DNA of 62,916 bases, taken from assembly GCA_944329365.1 (NCBI GenBank), contig CALVIC010000004.1:1-62916 (forward strand), read 5' to 3'. The translations under genes and the position numbers were made by a program. Under the pieces are notes generated by a model. It was not told the origin of the DNA. It did not search any database and saw only the letters and a program-made list of their open reading frames with translations. The DNA is from an uncultured Bacilli bacterium (GTDB lineage Bacteria; Bacillota_I; Bacilli_A; RF39; UBA660). Positions 27,544-36,767 of this stretch are shown here, piece by piece (position 1 is the first letter of the stretch; each line of letters opens with the position of its first letter).

Positions 27544-27562
27544 GAAATTTTTAATTAAATTC

Positions 27563-27591
27563 TTGACTTAAGTGGAATAAATTACTATAAT
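27563..27591 (+). promoter_or_regulatory. consensus sigma-A promoter of the glyQS leader
   Basis: TTGACT (27563-27568), 17-nt spacer, TATAAT (27586-27591). Confidence 0.7.
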
Positions 27592-27597
27592 TTACTT

Positions 27598-27735
27598 ATA
27601 CTTTTGATAAGGGCGATGACGGGCTTGGAACCCCTGAGCCGTATATAAAAAGAGATTCTTTCTTGAATAAGTAAGGTGGGACCGCGGAGAAATTCGTCCT
27701 TACAATTTTTGGAGGAATCTTTTTATTTGGAAAGG
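27598..27735 (+). promoter_or_regulatory. compact T-box leader, specifier GGA (Gly), truncated Stem I
   Basis: K-turn GGC-GATGA...TGA-GCC (27612-27640) encloses a GGG/CCC helix capped by loop CTTGGAA (GGA at 27627-29, then A). There is a short Stem III, the T-box sequence AAGGTGGGACCGCGG (27673-27687), and an imperfect terminator followed by TTTTTATTT. Confidence 0.7.
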
Positions 27736-27744
27736 ATGGATAAA

Positions 27745-29124
27745 ATGGAAAAAGTAACGATGGAAAAATTAGTTAGCGTGTGCAAGCAATACGGATTTGT
27801 TTTTCAAGGTAGTGAGATTTATGGTGGCCTTGCCAACACTTTTGATTATGGACCACTTGGAGCCGAGCTTAAGAATAATATTAAGAAGGCATGGTGGAAG
27901 AAGTTTGTTTCTGAACATATGAATATTTATGGGCTTGACAGTGCGATTTTGATGAATCCAGAGGTTTGGGTTGCTTCTGGTCATGTGGCAAATTTTTCTG
28001 ATCCACTTGTCGATTGTAAGAAGTGCAAGAGTAGACATAGAGCAGATAAGCTTATCGAAGAGTTTACTCACGGCGAGGTTACCGGTGATGGATTTAGCAA
28101 TGAAGATCTTGAGAATTTTATTAAAGATAACCATATTAAATGCCCAAAATGTGGTAGTGAAGATTTTACGAGAATAAGACAATTTAATTTGCTTTTTGAA
28201 ACTAGTATGGGAGTTACAGAAGATACGAAGAACAAAGTTTATTTGCGAGGTGAAACTGCTCAGGGTATTTTTGTTAATTATGCGAATGTTCAAAGAAGCA
28301 TGAGAGCCAAGGTTCCTTTTGGAATTGGACAAGTTGGTAAGGCTTTTAGAAATGAAATAACACCTGGGAATTTTATTTTTAGACAAAGAGAGTTTGAGCA
28401 GATGGAGCTTGAGTATTTTATTAACCCAAAGGATGAAAAGGAAGCTTTTGATTTTTGGCGTAAGTATTGTATGGATTTTTTAATAAGTCTTGGAATAAAA
28501 AAAGAAAATTTAAGATACCGCGATCATAAAAAAGAAGAACTTGTTTTTTATAGTAATGCGACAACTGATATTGAATATAATTATCCACAAGGGTTTGGTG
28601 AATTATGGGGAATTGCCGATAGAACAGATTACGATTTAAAGACTCATATCGAACATGCTGGAGCCGATTTAACTTATTTGGATCCAGAGACTAATGAGAA
28701 ATATGTTCCTTATGTTATCGAGCCTTCTGTCGGACTTGATAGATTATTTTTGGCAGTTATTACGGATGCTTATAAGGAAGAAGTTTTGGAAGATGGTAGT
28801 ACGCGTGAGGTTATGAGTATTATTCCGGCGCTTGCCCCTTATAAGGCAGCTGTTTTGCCACTTGTTAAAAAAAGACATAATGATAAGGCTTTAGAAGTTT
28901 ATAATATGCTTTCTAAGGACTTTAATGTTACTTATGATATGACGGGAAATATTGGAAAGAGATATAGAAGAGAAGATGTGGCAGGAACGCCATATTGTAT
29001 TACAGTCGATGATGAGACGATAGAAAAAGGAACTGTTACAGTTAGAGATCGCGATACAATGCGTCAAGAAGTTGTAAAGATCGACGACCTTTCAAGTTAT
29101 ATAAATGAAAAAATTAAGTTCTAA
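27745..29124 (+). CDS. glyQS: glycine--tRNA ligase (homodimeric class II type)
   Basis: FVFQGSEIYGGLANTFDYGPLG, FRNEITPGNFIFRQREFEQME. I chose the ATG at 27745 (RBS AAAGGA) because the upstream track extension runs through the T-box. Confidence 0.9.
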   Translation: MEKVTMEKLVSVCKQYGFVFQGSEIYGGLANTFDYGPLGAELKNNIKKAWWKKFVSEHMNIYGLDSAILMNPEVWVASGHVANFSDPLVDCKKCKSRHRADKLIEEFTHGEVTGDGFSNEDLENFIKDNHIKCPKCGSEDFTRIRQFNLLFETSMGVTEDTKNKVYLRGETAQGIFVNYANVQRSMRAKVPFGIGQVGKAFRNEITPGNFIFRQREFEQMELEYFINPKDEKEAFDFWRKYCMDFLISLGIKKENLRYRDHKKEELVFYSNATTDIEYNYPQGFGELWGIADRTDYDLKTHIEHAGADLTYLDPETNEKYVPYVIEPSVGLDRLFLAVITDAYKEEVLEDGSTREVMSIIPALAPYKAAVLPLVKKRHNDKALEVYNMLSKDFNVTYDMTGNIGKRYRREDVAGTPYCITVDDETIEKGTVTVRDRDTMRQEVVKIDDLSSYINEKIKF

Positions 29125-29237
29125 TAAAAAAATAAATGTATTTTTAATGCAAAAGGTGAAAAAAAGTTTTCTTTTTGAAAAAACTATGGTAAAATTATTA
29201 GTAGTAAAGTGATAATTTTCACTTAAGGAGGATAAAT

Positions 29238-29642
29238 ATGGGTATAATGAAGAAAATTTTAGGTGAAGAGGAAGATGTTTTTGCAGCCCCTGATAACAAT
29301 AAATATTATGAGTTAAATCCAGAGGAAGCTTTAACTGAAGATGGCGGTGCAAAGATGATTCTTTTGGAGCCAAGAGCTTATTCGGAATCACAACAGATAG
29401 CCGATCACTTAAAGAAGAGGAATACTGTAATTGTGAATTTACACCGAGTTACCCCTGAACAAGCTAAGAGGATCGTAGACTTTTTAAGTGGAACGATTTA
29501 TGCGATAAACGGTGATTTGCAAAAAATTGGTGGAGGGATTTTTCTTTGTACACCTAACAATGTAAGTATTCAAGGAAAGATTGATAGTAATGCCGAAGGT
29601 AAAGGCATTCATGATAACGACGATATAGATATTGAGTGGTAA
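29238..29642 (+). CDS. sepF: cell division protein SepF
   Basis: [29 protein letters not shown]...[23 protein letters not shown]; RBS AAGGAGG. Confidence 0.85.
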   Translation: MGIMKKILGEEEDVFAAPDNNKYYELNPEEALTEDGGAKMILLEPRAYSESQQIADHLKKRNTVIVNLHRVTPEQAKRIVDFLSGTIYAINGDLQKIGGGIFLCTPNNVSIQGKIDSNAEGKGIHDNDDIDIEW

Positions 29643-29672
29643 AAAATTAAAAGCTAAAGAGAGGCAAAGTTT

Positions 29673-30152
29673 ATGGAGAAATTTAAGAGGACAGTTAGAG
29701 GTTACGATCCTGAAGAAGTAAATGCTTTTTTGGATAAGGTAATCGCCAAAGTTGAGTCAATGGTTGCAGATATCGAAAAGAAGAATGCGACGATTAAGAG
29801 TTTGCAAGAACAGATTAAGAGTTTGCAGGAAGAGAGTACCGATAATGAAGCAATGAAAGAAAAACTCGAACAGTATGAGAGAATGGAAAGTACTTTGAAC
29901 AAAGCAATTATTATGGCTCAAAAGACCTCTGACCAATTAAAAGTTGCCGCTCATAAAGAATCTGAAATAATGATAGATGAAGCTAAGAAGAATGCAAGTA
30001 GAATTGTCAACGACGCACTTATGAAAGCTGAGAAAATAGAAGATGAGTCAATGAAAGTTAGAAGGAATGTCGAGGTTCTTAAGCGAAGACTTAAGACGAT
30101 TGTCGAATCACAACTTGATATTATTAGCGATATTGATAAACTAGAACTTTAA
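29673..30152 (+). CDS. divIVA: DivIVA-domain protein
   Basis: N-terminal FKRTVRGYDPEEVNAFLDKV followed by coiled coil. Confidence 0.8.
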   Translation: MEKFKRTVRGYDPEEVNAFLDKVIAKVESMVADIEKKNATIKSLQEQIKSLQEESTDNEAMKEKLEQYERMESTLNKAIIMAQKTSDQLKVAAHKESEIMIDEAKKNASRIVNDALMKAEKIEDESMKVRRNVEVLKRRLKTIVESQLDIISDIDKLEL

Positions 30153-30153
30153 A

Positions 30154-30365
30154 GCATTTGATAGAGACGTTATAAATAAAAAGTTTTAAAGAGAGTCAGT
30201 GGCTGGTGGAAGCTGACAACTTTTGTTTATATGGATCACTCTTGATGTGCTTTTCTGAAGTTAGTAGGAAAAGACGGTAACGCGTTATAGTTTTGAGAGT
30301 ATTTTAAAATAAAGTAAGGTGGTACCGCGGGAAAAACTCGTCCTTAATTAGGATGAGTTTTTTTG
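30154..30365 (+). promoter_or_regulatory. T-box riboswitch leader, specifier ATC (Ile)
   Basis: AGAGAG bulge and GGTGGAA distal loop. Specifier loop 3' side ATGGATCA next to the AGAG/CTCT helix, with ATC at 30235-30237 followed by A. T-box AAGGTGGTACCGCGG (30316-30330). Terminator AAACTCGTCCT/AGGATGAGTTT followed by T7. Confidence 0.85.
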
Positions 30366-30398
30366 TTATTTTTATGGTATAATATTTGGCAAAAGGTG

Positions 30399-31142
30399 AT
30401 GAATGTGTTTGAGTATAAAGGTGTTAAAATAAATTATTTAAGATATGGAAATCCAGAGGGGCAATGTTTAGTTTTACTTCATGGTTGGGGTCAGAATATT
30501 CAGATGATGAAACCGCTTGGGGATGCACTTCAAAAAAATGATGTTATTATTATTGATTTTCCTGGTCATGGTGCTAGTGAAGAACCGAAAGAGGTTTGGA
30601 AGCTTGAAGATTTTGCCGATATGGTTCATGAATTACTTGAGTCTTTGAAGGCAAAGAGTCCGATATTGGCTGGTCATTCTTTTGGCGGAAAGGTCAGTTT
30701 GATTTATGCAAGTAAATATCCGGTTAAGAAGTTAATTTTATTTGGAAGTCCTTTTAAGGTTAAAATAAAAAAACCGACGGTCAAAATGAGGTTTTTAAAG
30801 GCACTTAAAAAATTACCGGGGATGGATAAAATAGGGGAAGCGATGAAAAAGCATATAGGGTCTTCTGATTATAGAAACGCAAGTCCAATAATGAGACAGA
30901 TAATGACCTTACATGTTAATACAGATATTTCGGATTTAGCTTCGAAAATTAAATGTCCTACTTTGATTATTTGGGGTGACAAGGATGAAGCTGTACCAAT
31001 CGAGGATGCTTACGAGCTTGAAACTTTAATTCCGGATTCAGCTGTTATTAAGTATGAAGGATGCACACATTATGCATATTTAGAAAGGCTTAATCAAACG
31101 ATATCAATTATGAATAATTTTATAGGAGAAGATGAAAAATGA
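30399..31142 (+). CDS. alpha/beta-fold hydrolase
   Basis: HGWGQN oxyanion region, nucleophile elbow GHSFGG, C-terminal D...H. The start is uncertain: ATG at 30399 or GTG at 30405. Confidence 0.8.
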   Translation: MNVFEYKGVKINYLRYGNPEGQCLVLLHGWGQNIQMMKPLGDALQKNDVIIIDFPGHGASEEPKEVWKLEDFADMVHELLESLKAKSPILAGHSFGGKVSLIYASKYPVKKLILFGSPFKVKIKKPTVKMRFLKALKKLPGMDKIGEAMKKHIGSSDYRNASPIMRQIMTLHVNTDISDLASKIKCPTLIIWGDKDEAVPIEDAYELETLIPDSAVIKYEGCTHYAYLERLNQTISIMNNFIGEDEK

Positions 31143-32728
31143 TAGATAATTTTTTGATATGTTCAATACCTTATTTTATTTATGTGATGTATAAGTCACT
31201 CGATTCTTTTCATATGCTTCAGCAAAATAAATATAATAGAAAGAAAACATATTTAAAATGGCTTAAGAATAATCCAAAACAATTTATAGATTTTAGTATT
31301 TTATTTGTTTTGTTTATTATATTTATGTTTACAGAAACAGCTGATATTTTACTTGGTTGTTTTGCTGGTTTTTATATTATTTTGATTGTTAAAATGTATT
31401 TGGATAGTAAAAGTAGTCAAAATAAATTACCACTTAAATATACGGCGAGAATGAAAAGGTTACTTGTTACTAATTTGATTACAAATACTTTACCGATTTT
31501 AATTATGGCTTTGTTTGTAAATGAAAGTAACTTAATTTATTTTATATTGATTTTAGGTTTGATTGGTTATTTAAATAATTTATATATTTTAGTTGCTTTG
31601 CTTATCAATACGCCGGTTGAAAGTTATGTCGGTTATTATTTTAAAAGAAAAGCTATTAATAAGCTTAAGAGTATGCCTGATTTAAAGGTAATTGGAATTA
31701 CTGGAAGTTACGGAAAAACTAGTAGTAAAAATATTTTGAACGATATTTTAAGTATTAAATATAATACTCTTCCAACTCCAAAGAATTTTAATACACCTTT
31801 TGGACTTATGATTTCAATTAATAATTATTTAGATAAGTTTACAGATATATTTATTGCGGAGATGGGTGCTTGTCAAGCCGGTGATATTAAAGAACTTTGT
31901 GATTTGGTTCATCCAAAATACGGAATTATAACGAGAATTGGTCTTGCTCATTTGGCAACATTTGGCAGTCAAGAAAATATTCAAAAAACGAAGTTTGAAC
32001 TTGTAGAGTCACTTCCTGATGATGGACTTTGTGTCCTTAATGGTGATGATGAATGGCAGAGAAGCTATAAAAAGAAAAGTGGGTGCCGAGTTAAATGGAT
32101 CGGTATTGAAAGCGAAGATGTAGATGTAAGGGCAGTTAATATTACTTTAAGTCCTAACGGAACAGAGTTTGATTGTTTAATCAAGGGAGATAGTAATAAA
32201 TATCATTTTCAAACAAGGTTACTTGGAGAAGCTAATGTTTATAATATTTTGGCTGGTATTGCTTTAGGTTTAGAGTTTGGAATGAATATGGAACAACTAA
32301 AGGCTGGAGTTAGAAAGGTTCGAGCAGTCGAACACAGACTTGAGCTTAAGAGGAAGGGCGATATTACGTTTATTGATGATGCTTATAATTCAAATCCAAC
32401 GGGTTCTAAAATGGCTATCGATGTTTTAAAGATGATGCCTGGTAAACATATTATCGTCACTCCAGGTATGATTGAACTTGGTAATCAAGAGTATGAAAAA
32501 AATAAAGAGTTTGGAATGCAGATGAGGGGAATAGACGAAGTTATTTTAGTTGGAGAAGAGAAGACTAAACCGATTCAAGAAGGTCTTCGAGAAATCGGCT
32601 TTGATGAGAAACATATTCATATTATAAATGATGTTTTGAAGTCTTTTGAATTAGTAAACAAATTAAAAGATGGTGAGACTTATGTTTTGCTTGAGAATGA
32701 TTTACCAGATATATTTAATGAGAAATAG
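31139..32728 (+). CDS. murF: MurF-like Mur ligase (UDP-MurNAc-tripeptide--D-Ala-D-Ala ligase family) with an N-terminal polytopic membrane region
   Basis: GITGSYGKTSSK P-loop, IAEMGA, ITRIGLAHLATFGS, DDAYNSNP. The first ~160 aa are hydrophobic helices rather than the usual soluble N-domain. Confidence 0.75.
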   Translation: MIDNFLICSIPYFIYVMYKSLDSFHMLQQNKYNRKKTYLKWLKNNPKQFIDFSILFVLFIIFMFTETADILLGCFAGFYIILIVKMYLDSKSSQNKLPLKYTARMKRLLVTNLITNTLPILIMALFVNESNLIYFILILGLIGYLNNLYILVALLINTPVESYVGYYFKRKAINKLKSMPDLKVIGITGSYGKTSSKNILNDILSIKYNTLPTPKNFNTPFGLMISINNYLDKFTDIFIAEMGACQAGDIKELCDLVHPKYGIITRIGLAHLATFGSQENIQKTKFELVESLPDDGLCVLNGDDEWQRSYKKKSGCRVKWIGIESEDVDVRAVNITLSPNGTEFDCLIKGDSNKYHFQTRLLGEANVYNILAGIALGLEFGMNMEQLKAGVRKVRAVEHRLELKRKGDITFIDDAYNSNPTGSKMAIDVLKMMPGKHIIVTPGMIELGNQEYEKNKEFGMQMRGIDEVILVGEEKTKPIQEGLREIGFDEKHIHIINDVLKSFELVNKLKDGETYVLLENDLPDIFNEK

Positions 32729-32741
32729 GAGGAGATAGATT

Positions 32742-33935
32742 ATGAAAATAAAAGTTGGTGTTATTTTTGGTGGCGATTCTGTTGAGCATGAAGTTAGTAT
32801 AATTTCAGCTTTGCAAGCAATGGAGAATATCGATACAAATAAGTACGATATTGTACCAATTTATATTAGTAAGGATCGTAACTTTTACACTGGTCAAAGT
32901 CTTAGAGATATGGATACTTATAAATATTTTGATAGTATGAAGAAGTATGCAAAACAAATTACTTTAGCTAGAAAAGGCGATGTGGTATATTTACAAAAGG
33001 TAAAAGGTTTCTTTAGAAAGGATCTCGATTATATCGATGTTGCTTTTCCAATTGTTCATGGTAAGGGTGTTGAAGATGGAAGTTTGGCTGGTTATTTAGA
33101 AACTTTAGGTCTTCCAGTTGTTGGTCCTTCAATGCTTGGTGCTTCTGTTGGTCAAGATAAGGTTGTTTTAAAGCAAATTCTTATGGCTAATGACATTAAA
33201 GTTCCAAATTATGTTTGGTTTTATGATTATGAATATAATTTAGATAGTGATAAGATTATCGAGAAGATAGAGAAGCTTGGTTATCCAGTAATTGTAAAGC
33301 CGGCTTGTCTTGGAAGTACGATTGGTATTACGGTTGCTCACGATAGAGATGCTTTAAAGAGGGCAATAGATACGGCAATGGAATATGAGACAAAAATACT
33401 AATTGAAGAGATGATTCCTAATTTGCTTGAACTTAATTGTGCGGTTTTAGGTAATTATGAATATCAAGAAACTAGTTTAATTGCTGAAATGAAGACAGGT
33501 AATGAGCTTCTTACTTTTGAAGATAAATATTTAAGAGGTGGCAAAGGTAAAAAGGGCGGAGCTATTAAGAGTGGTTCAATGAGTAATAGTCAATTTGATG
33601 TTCCGGCGAAAATCGAAGAGAAGATGGAAGATGAAATTTATAAAATTTCTAAGGAAACATTTAGAGTTTTAAATTTAAAAGGTGTTTGTCGAATCGATTT
33701 CTTGGTTAATAAAAAGACTGGAGATATTTATGTTAATGAACCAAATACAATTCCAGGTTCACTTGCTTTTTATATGTTTAAACCAAAGGGTAAGGATTAT
33801 ACAGAACTTTTAGATGAGCTTATAAAGATGGCTATTAAAGATTATAAAAACAATAAGAAGAAAACTTCTAGTTTTGATTCAAATATTTTAAGTAATTATA
33901 ATGGTGTTAAAGGGTTAAAAAAGGGAGTTAAATAA
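32742..33935 (+). CDS. ddl: D-alanine--D-alanine ligase (long form)
   Basis: GVIFGGDSVEHEVSIISA, ATP-grasp core, NEPNTIPGS. Confidence 0.9.
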   Translation: MKIKVGVIFGGDSVEHEVSIISALQAMENIDTNKYDIVPIYISKDRNFYTGQSLRDMDTYKYFDSMKKYAKQITLARKGDVVYLQKVKGFFRKDLDYIDVAFPIVHGKGVEDGSLAGYLETLGLPVVGPSMLGASVGQDKVVLKQILMANDIKVPNYVWFYDYEYNLDSDKIIEKIEKLGYPVIVKPACLGSTIGITVAHDRDALKRAIDTAMEYETKILIEEMIPNLLELNCAVLGNYEYQETSLIAEMKTGNELLTFEDKYLRGGKGKKGGAIKSGSMSNSQFDVPAKIEEKMEDEIYKISKETFRVLNLKGVCRIDFLVNKKTGDIYVNEPNTIPGSLAFYMFKPKGKDYTELLDELIKMAIKDYKNNKKKTSSFDSNILSNYNGVKGLKKGVK

Positions 33936-33952
33936 GGATAGGAGATGCTTTT

Positions 33953-36688
33953 ATGAAAGATTATAAGGATACTTTACTTATGCCAAAGACTGAATTTAAA
34001 ATGAGAGGTAATTTGGCTGAGAATGAAGTTTTACAAAGAGAAAAATGGGATGAAATGGATTTATACAATTTAATAAAAAACAAAAATAAGAATAATAAAC
34101 CATTTATTTTACATGATGGACCACCTTATGCGAATGGAAATATTCATTTGGGTCATTCTCTTAATAAAATTTTAAAAGATTTTATTAACCGTTCTAAGAT
34201 GATGGAAGGTTATTATGTAGAGTATATTCCAGGATGGGATACTCATGGTCTTCCGATTGAACAAGCAGTAACTAATAGTGGGGTTGACCGTAAAAGTATG
34301 AGTGTGGCTGATTTTAGAGAGCTTTGTAAGAATTACGCTTTGAAACAGGTTGAAAAACAGATGACTGATTTTAGAAGACTTAATGTTATTGCGGACTGGG
34401 ATCATCCTTATATTACTTTAACTAAGGAATATGAAGCTAGACAAATTGAAGTTTTTGCAAAAATGGCTCAGAAAGGTTTGATTTTCAAAGGGTTAAAACC
34501 AGTTTATTGGTCACCAAGTAGTGAAACTGCTTTAGCAGAGGCGGAAATTGAATATAAAGATCGCAAGGATCCTTCAGTTTTTGTGGCTTTTCCAGTTACT
34601 GAGGGTAATGATTTTGTAAAAAAAGGAGATAAACTTGTTATTTGGACAACTACGCCTTGGACTTTGCCTGGTAATACGGCTGTTTGTGTCGGTGAGAATT
34701 TCGATTATGTCAGAGTTAAAGTTGGCAAGGATAATTATGTAGTAGCTAAAGATTTAGCTAATGATTTGATGCAAGATTTTGGTTTTGGCGAGTATAAGGT
34801 CGGCAAGAGTTTTAAGGGTAAAGATTTACTTGGAGTTAAATATTCTCATCCATTTATGGATAGAACCTCACCAGTTGTTTTAGGTCATCATGTTACTTTA
34901 GATGCCGGAACAGGTCTTGTTCATATCGCACCTGCTTATGGTGAGGATGACTTTATTGTTGGTCAAACATATAGTTTGGATATGGTTAATGGTGTTAATG
35001 ATCAGGGTGTTTTAACTGAAGAATCCGGTAGATTTGCGGGATTGTTCTTTGAAGACGCTAATAAAGAGATTCCAAAGTGGCTTGAGGAAAATGGCTATTT
35101 ACTTAAACTTAAGTTTATTACCCACTCATATCCTCATGATTGGAGAACAAAAAAACCGATTATTTTTAGAGCGACTAAACAATGGTTCTGTAGTGTCGAT
35201 AAAATTAGAGATGATATTTTAAATGAACTTGAAACTAATGTTAAATTCCATACAGAGTGGGGTAAGACACGTATTTACAATATGATTCGTGATAGAGGTG
35301 ACTGGTGTATTTCAAGGCAACGAGCTTGGGGTGTGCCTATTCCAATTTTCTATAATGAGGATGGTTCAGAAATTGTCGATTACGATGTTATGATGCATGT
35401 GGCTTCTTTATTTAGAGAATATGGTTCAAACGTATGGTTTGAAAGGGATGCAAAAGATTTACTTCCAGAAGGTTATACAAATCCTGCTAGTCCAAATGGT
35501 AATTTCACTAAAGAAACTGACATTATGGATGTATGGTTTGATTCAGGTACTTCATGGGCAGGAACTTTACTTGAAAGAAAACTTCCATATCCTGCAGATG
35601 TTTATTTGGAAGGTTCTGATCAATATCGTGGATGGTTTAATTCTTCATTAATTTGTAGTATGGCATATTCTGGTCATAGTCCTTATAAAGAACTTGTGTC
35701 TGCTGGCTTTGTCTTAGATGGTAAAGGATTTAAAATGAGTAAATCTATTGGTAATGTCGTTAATCCGATGGATATTGTAAGTAAGCAGGGCTCAGATATT
35801 TTAAGACTTTGGGTTGCTAGTGTCGATTATACCGAAGATGTTAGATTTAGCGATGATCTTCTTAATCAAGTAAAAGAAGGATATAGAAAGATCAGAAATA
35901 CTTATAGATTTATGCTTGGTAATTTGTTTGATTTTAATCCAGATCATGATAGGATTAGTTATGACAAGATGCCTCAAGCTGATAAGTATATGATGATTAC
36001 TTTAAATGATTTGGTACGAGATATTAGAAAGAATTACGATGATTATGATTTTGACGAAATTTATAAATTAGTTATAAATTTTGTAAATTCACTTTCTAAT
36101 TTCTATTTAGATTTTACCAAGGATATTTTATATATCGAACAAGCTGATAGTTTCGAGAGAAGAAGTGTTCAGACGGTTTTATATGAAATCTTAACTTCTT
36201 TGATTAAATTAATGGCACCTATTTTACCTTATACTAGTGAAGAGGTTTATAAATTACTTCCTGGTACTAAAGAAAAGAGTGTTCATTTAGAGAGATTCCC
36301 AGAGGTTCAAACTTATAAGGATGAAGAGGAGATTCGCGAACTGTTTGATTTATTCTTCGATATCAAGAACGATGTTTATAAAGCTTTGGAAGAAGCTCGT
36401 AACGAAAAGGTTATCGGTAAATCACTTGAAGCTAAGGTTTTACTTAATTTAAGAGAAGAGGATAAAGAAACTCTTAAACCGATTGCTTCTAAGTTAAAGC
36501 AATTATTGATTGTATCAGATGTCGTACTTACAGCTTTAGATTTACCAAAATATGAATATGCTGGAATTCAAGTTCAAAAATTTGAAGGTGGCAGATGCGA
36601 GAGATGTTGGAATTACTTTAATGAAACTGATTTAACTGATGGTTTGTGCCCAAGATGCGCGAATATTGTAACTAAAGAAGAACTTTAA
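33953..36688 (+). CDS. ileS: isoleucine--tRNA ligase
   Basis: HDGPPYANGNIHLGH (HIGH), KMSKS, C-terminal CxxC...CPRC zinc finger. Starts 17 nt after ddl. Confidence 0.95.
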   Translation: MKDYKDTLLMPKTEFKMRGNLAENEVLQREKWDEMDLYNLIKNKNKNNKPFILHDGPPYANGNIHLGHSLNKILKDFINRSKMMEGYYVEYIPGWDTHGLPIEQAVTNSGVDRKSMSVADFRELCKNYALKQVEKQMTDFRRLNVIADWDHPYITLTKEYEARQIEVFAKMAQKGLIFKGLKPVYWSPSSETALAEAEIEYKDRKDPSVFVAFPVTEGNDFVKKGDKLVIWTTTPWTLPGNTAVCVGENFDYVRVKVGKDNYVVAKDLANDLMQDFGFGEYKVGKSFKGKDLLGVKYSHPFMDRTSPVVLGHHVTLDAGTGLVHIAPAYGEDDFIVGQTYSLDMVNGVNDQGVLTEESGRFAGLFFEDANKEIPKWLEENGYLLKLKFITHSYPHDWRTKKPIIFRATKQWFCSVDKIRDDILNELETNVKFHTEWGKTRIYNMIRDRGDWCISRQRAWGVPIPIFYNEDGSEIVDYDVMMHVASLFREYGSNVWFERDAKDLLPEGYTNPASPNGNFTKETDIMDVWFDSGTSWAGTLLERKLPYPADVYLEGSDQYRGWFNSSLICSMAYSGHSPYKELVSAGFVLDGKGFKMSKSIGNVVNPMDIVSKQGSDILRLWVASVDYTEDVRFSDDLLNQVKEGYRKIRNTYRFMLGNLFDFNPDHDRISYDKMPQADKYMMITLNDLVRDIRKNYDDYDFDEIYKLVINFVNSLSNFYLDFTKDILYIEQADSFERRSVQTVLYEILTSLIKLMAPILPYTSEEVYKLLPGTKEKSVHLERFPEVQTYKDEEEIRELFDLFFDIKNDVYKALEEARNEKVIGKSLEAKVLLNLREEDKETLKPIASKLKQLLIVSDVVLTALDLPKYEYAGIQVQKFEGGRCERCWNYFNETDLTDGLCPRCANIVTKEEL

Positions 36689-36702
36689 TTAGTTCTTTTT
36701 TT
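36676..36702 (+). terminator. rho-independent terminator
   Basis: Stem AAGAACT / AGTTCTT with loop TTAATT, then TTTTT. Overlaps the ileS stop. Confidence 0.75.
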
Positions 36703-36710
36703 GTGTAAGT

Positions 36711-36738
36711 TTGACAAATAGTTATTTTCATATATAAT
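36711..36738 (+). promoter_or_regulatory. sigma-A-type promoter candidate
   Basis: TTGACA (36711-36716), 16-nt spacer, TATAAT (36733-36738). Confidence 0.6.
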
Positions 36739-36767
36739 ATAGGTGTTGAATTTGGAGGTATATTATT

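Noticed and set aside
27450-27545. 31-codon ORF (MNLNKCLSYSRGIRPRNLLCIGGTLYGYSFF) inside the candidate small RNA.
   Set aside because: There is no Shine-Dalgarno sequence. The coding region is the paired arms of the hairpins, and the stop lies inside the terminator U-run. A non-coding RNA is more plausible.
30375-30383. TGGTATAAT extended -10-like motif just after the Ile T-box terminator.
   Set aside because: It is not listed as a feature because there is no -35 element and it would leave a leader of only ~10 nt. It is kept as a caveat in the T-box(Ile) finding.
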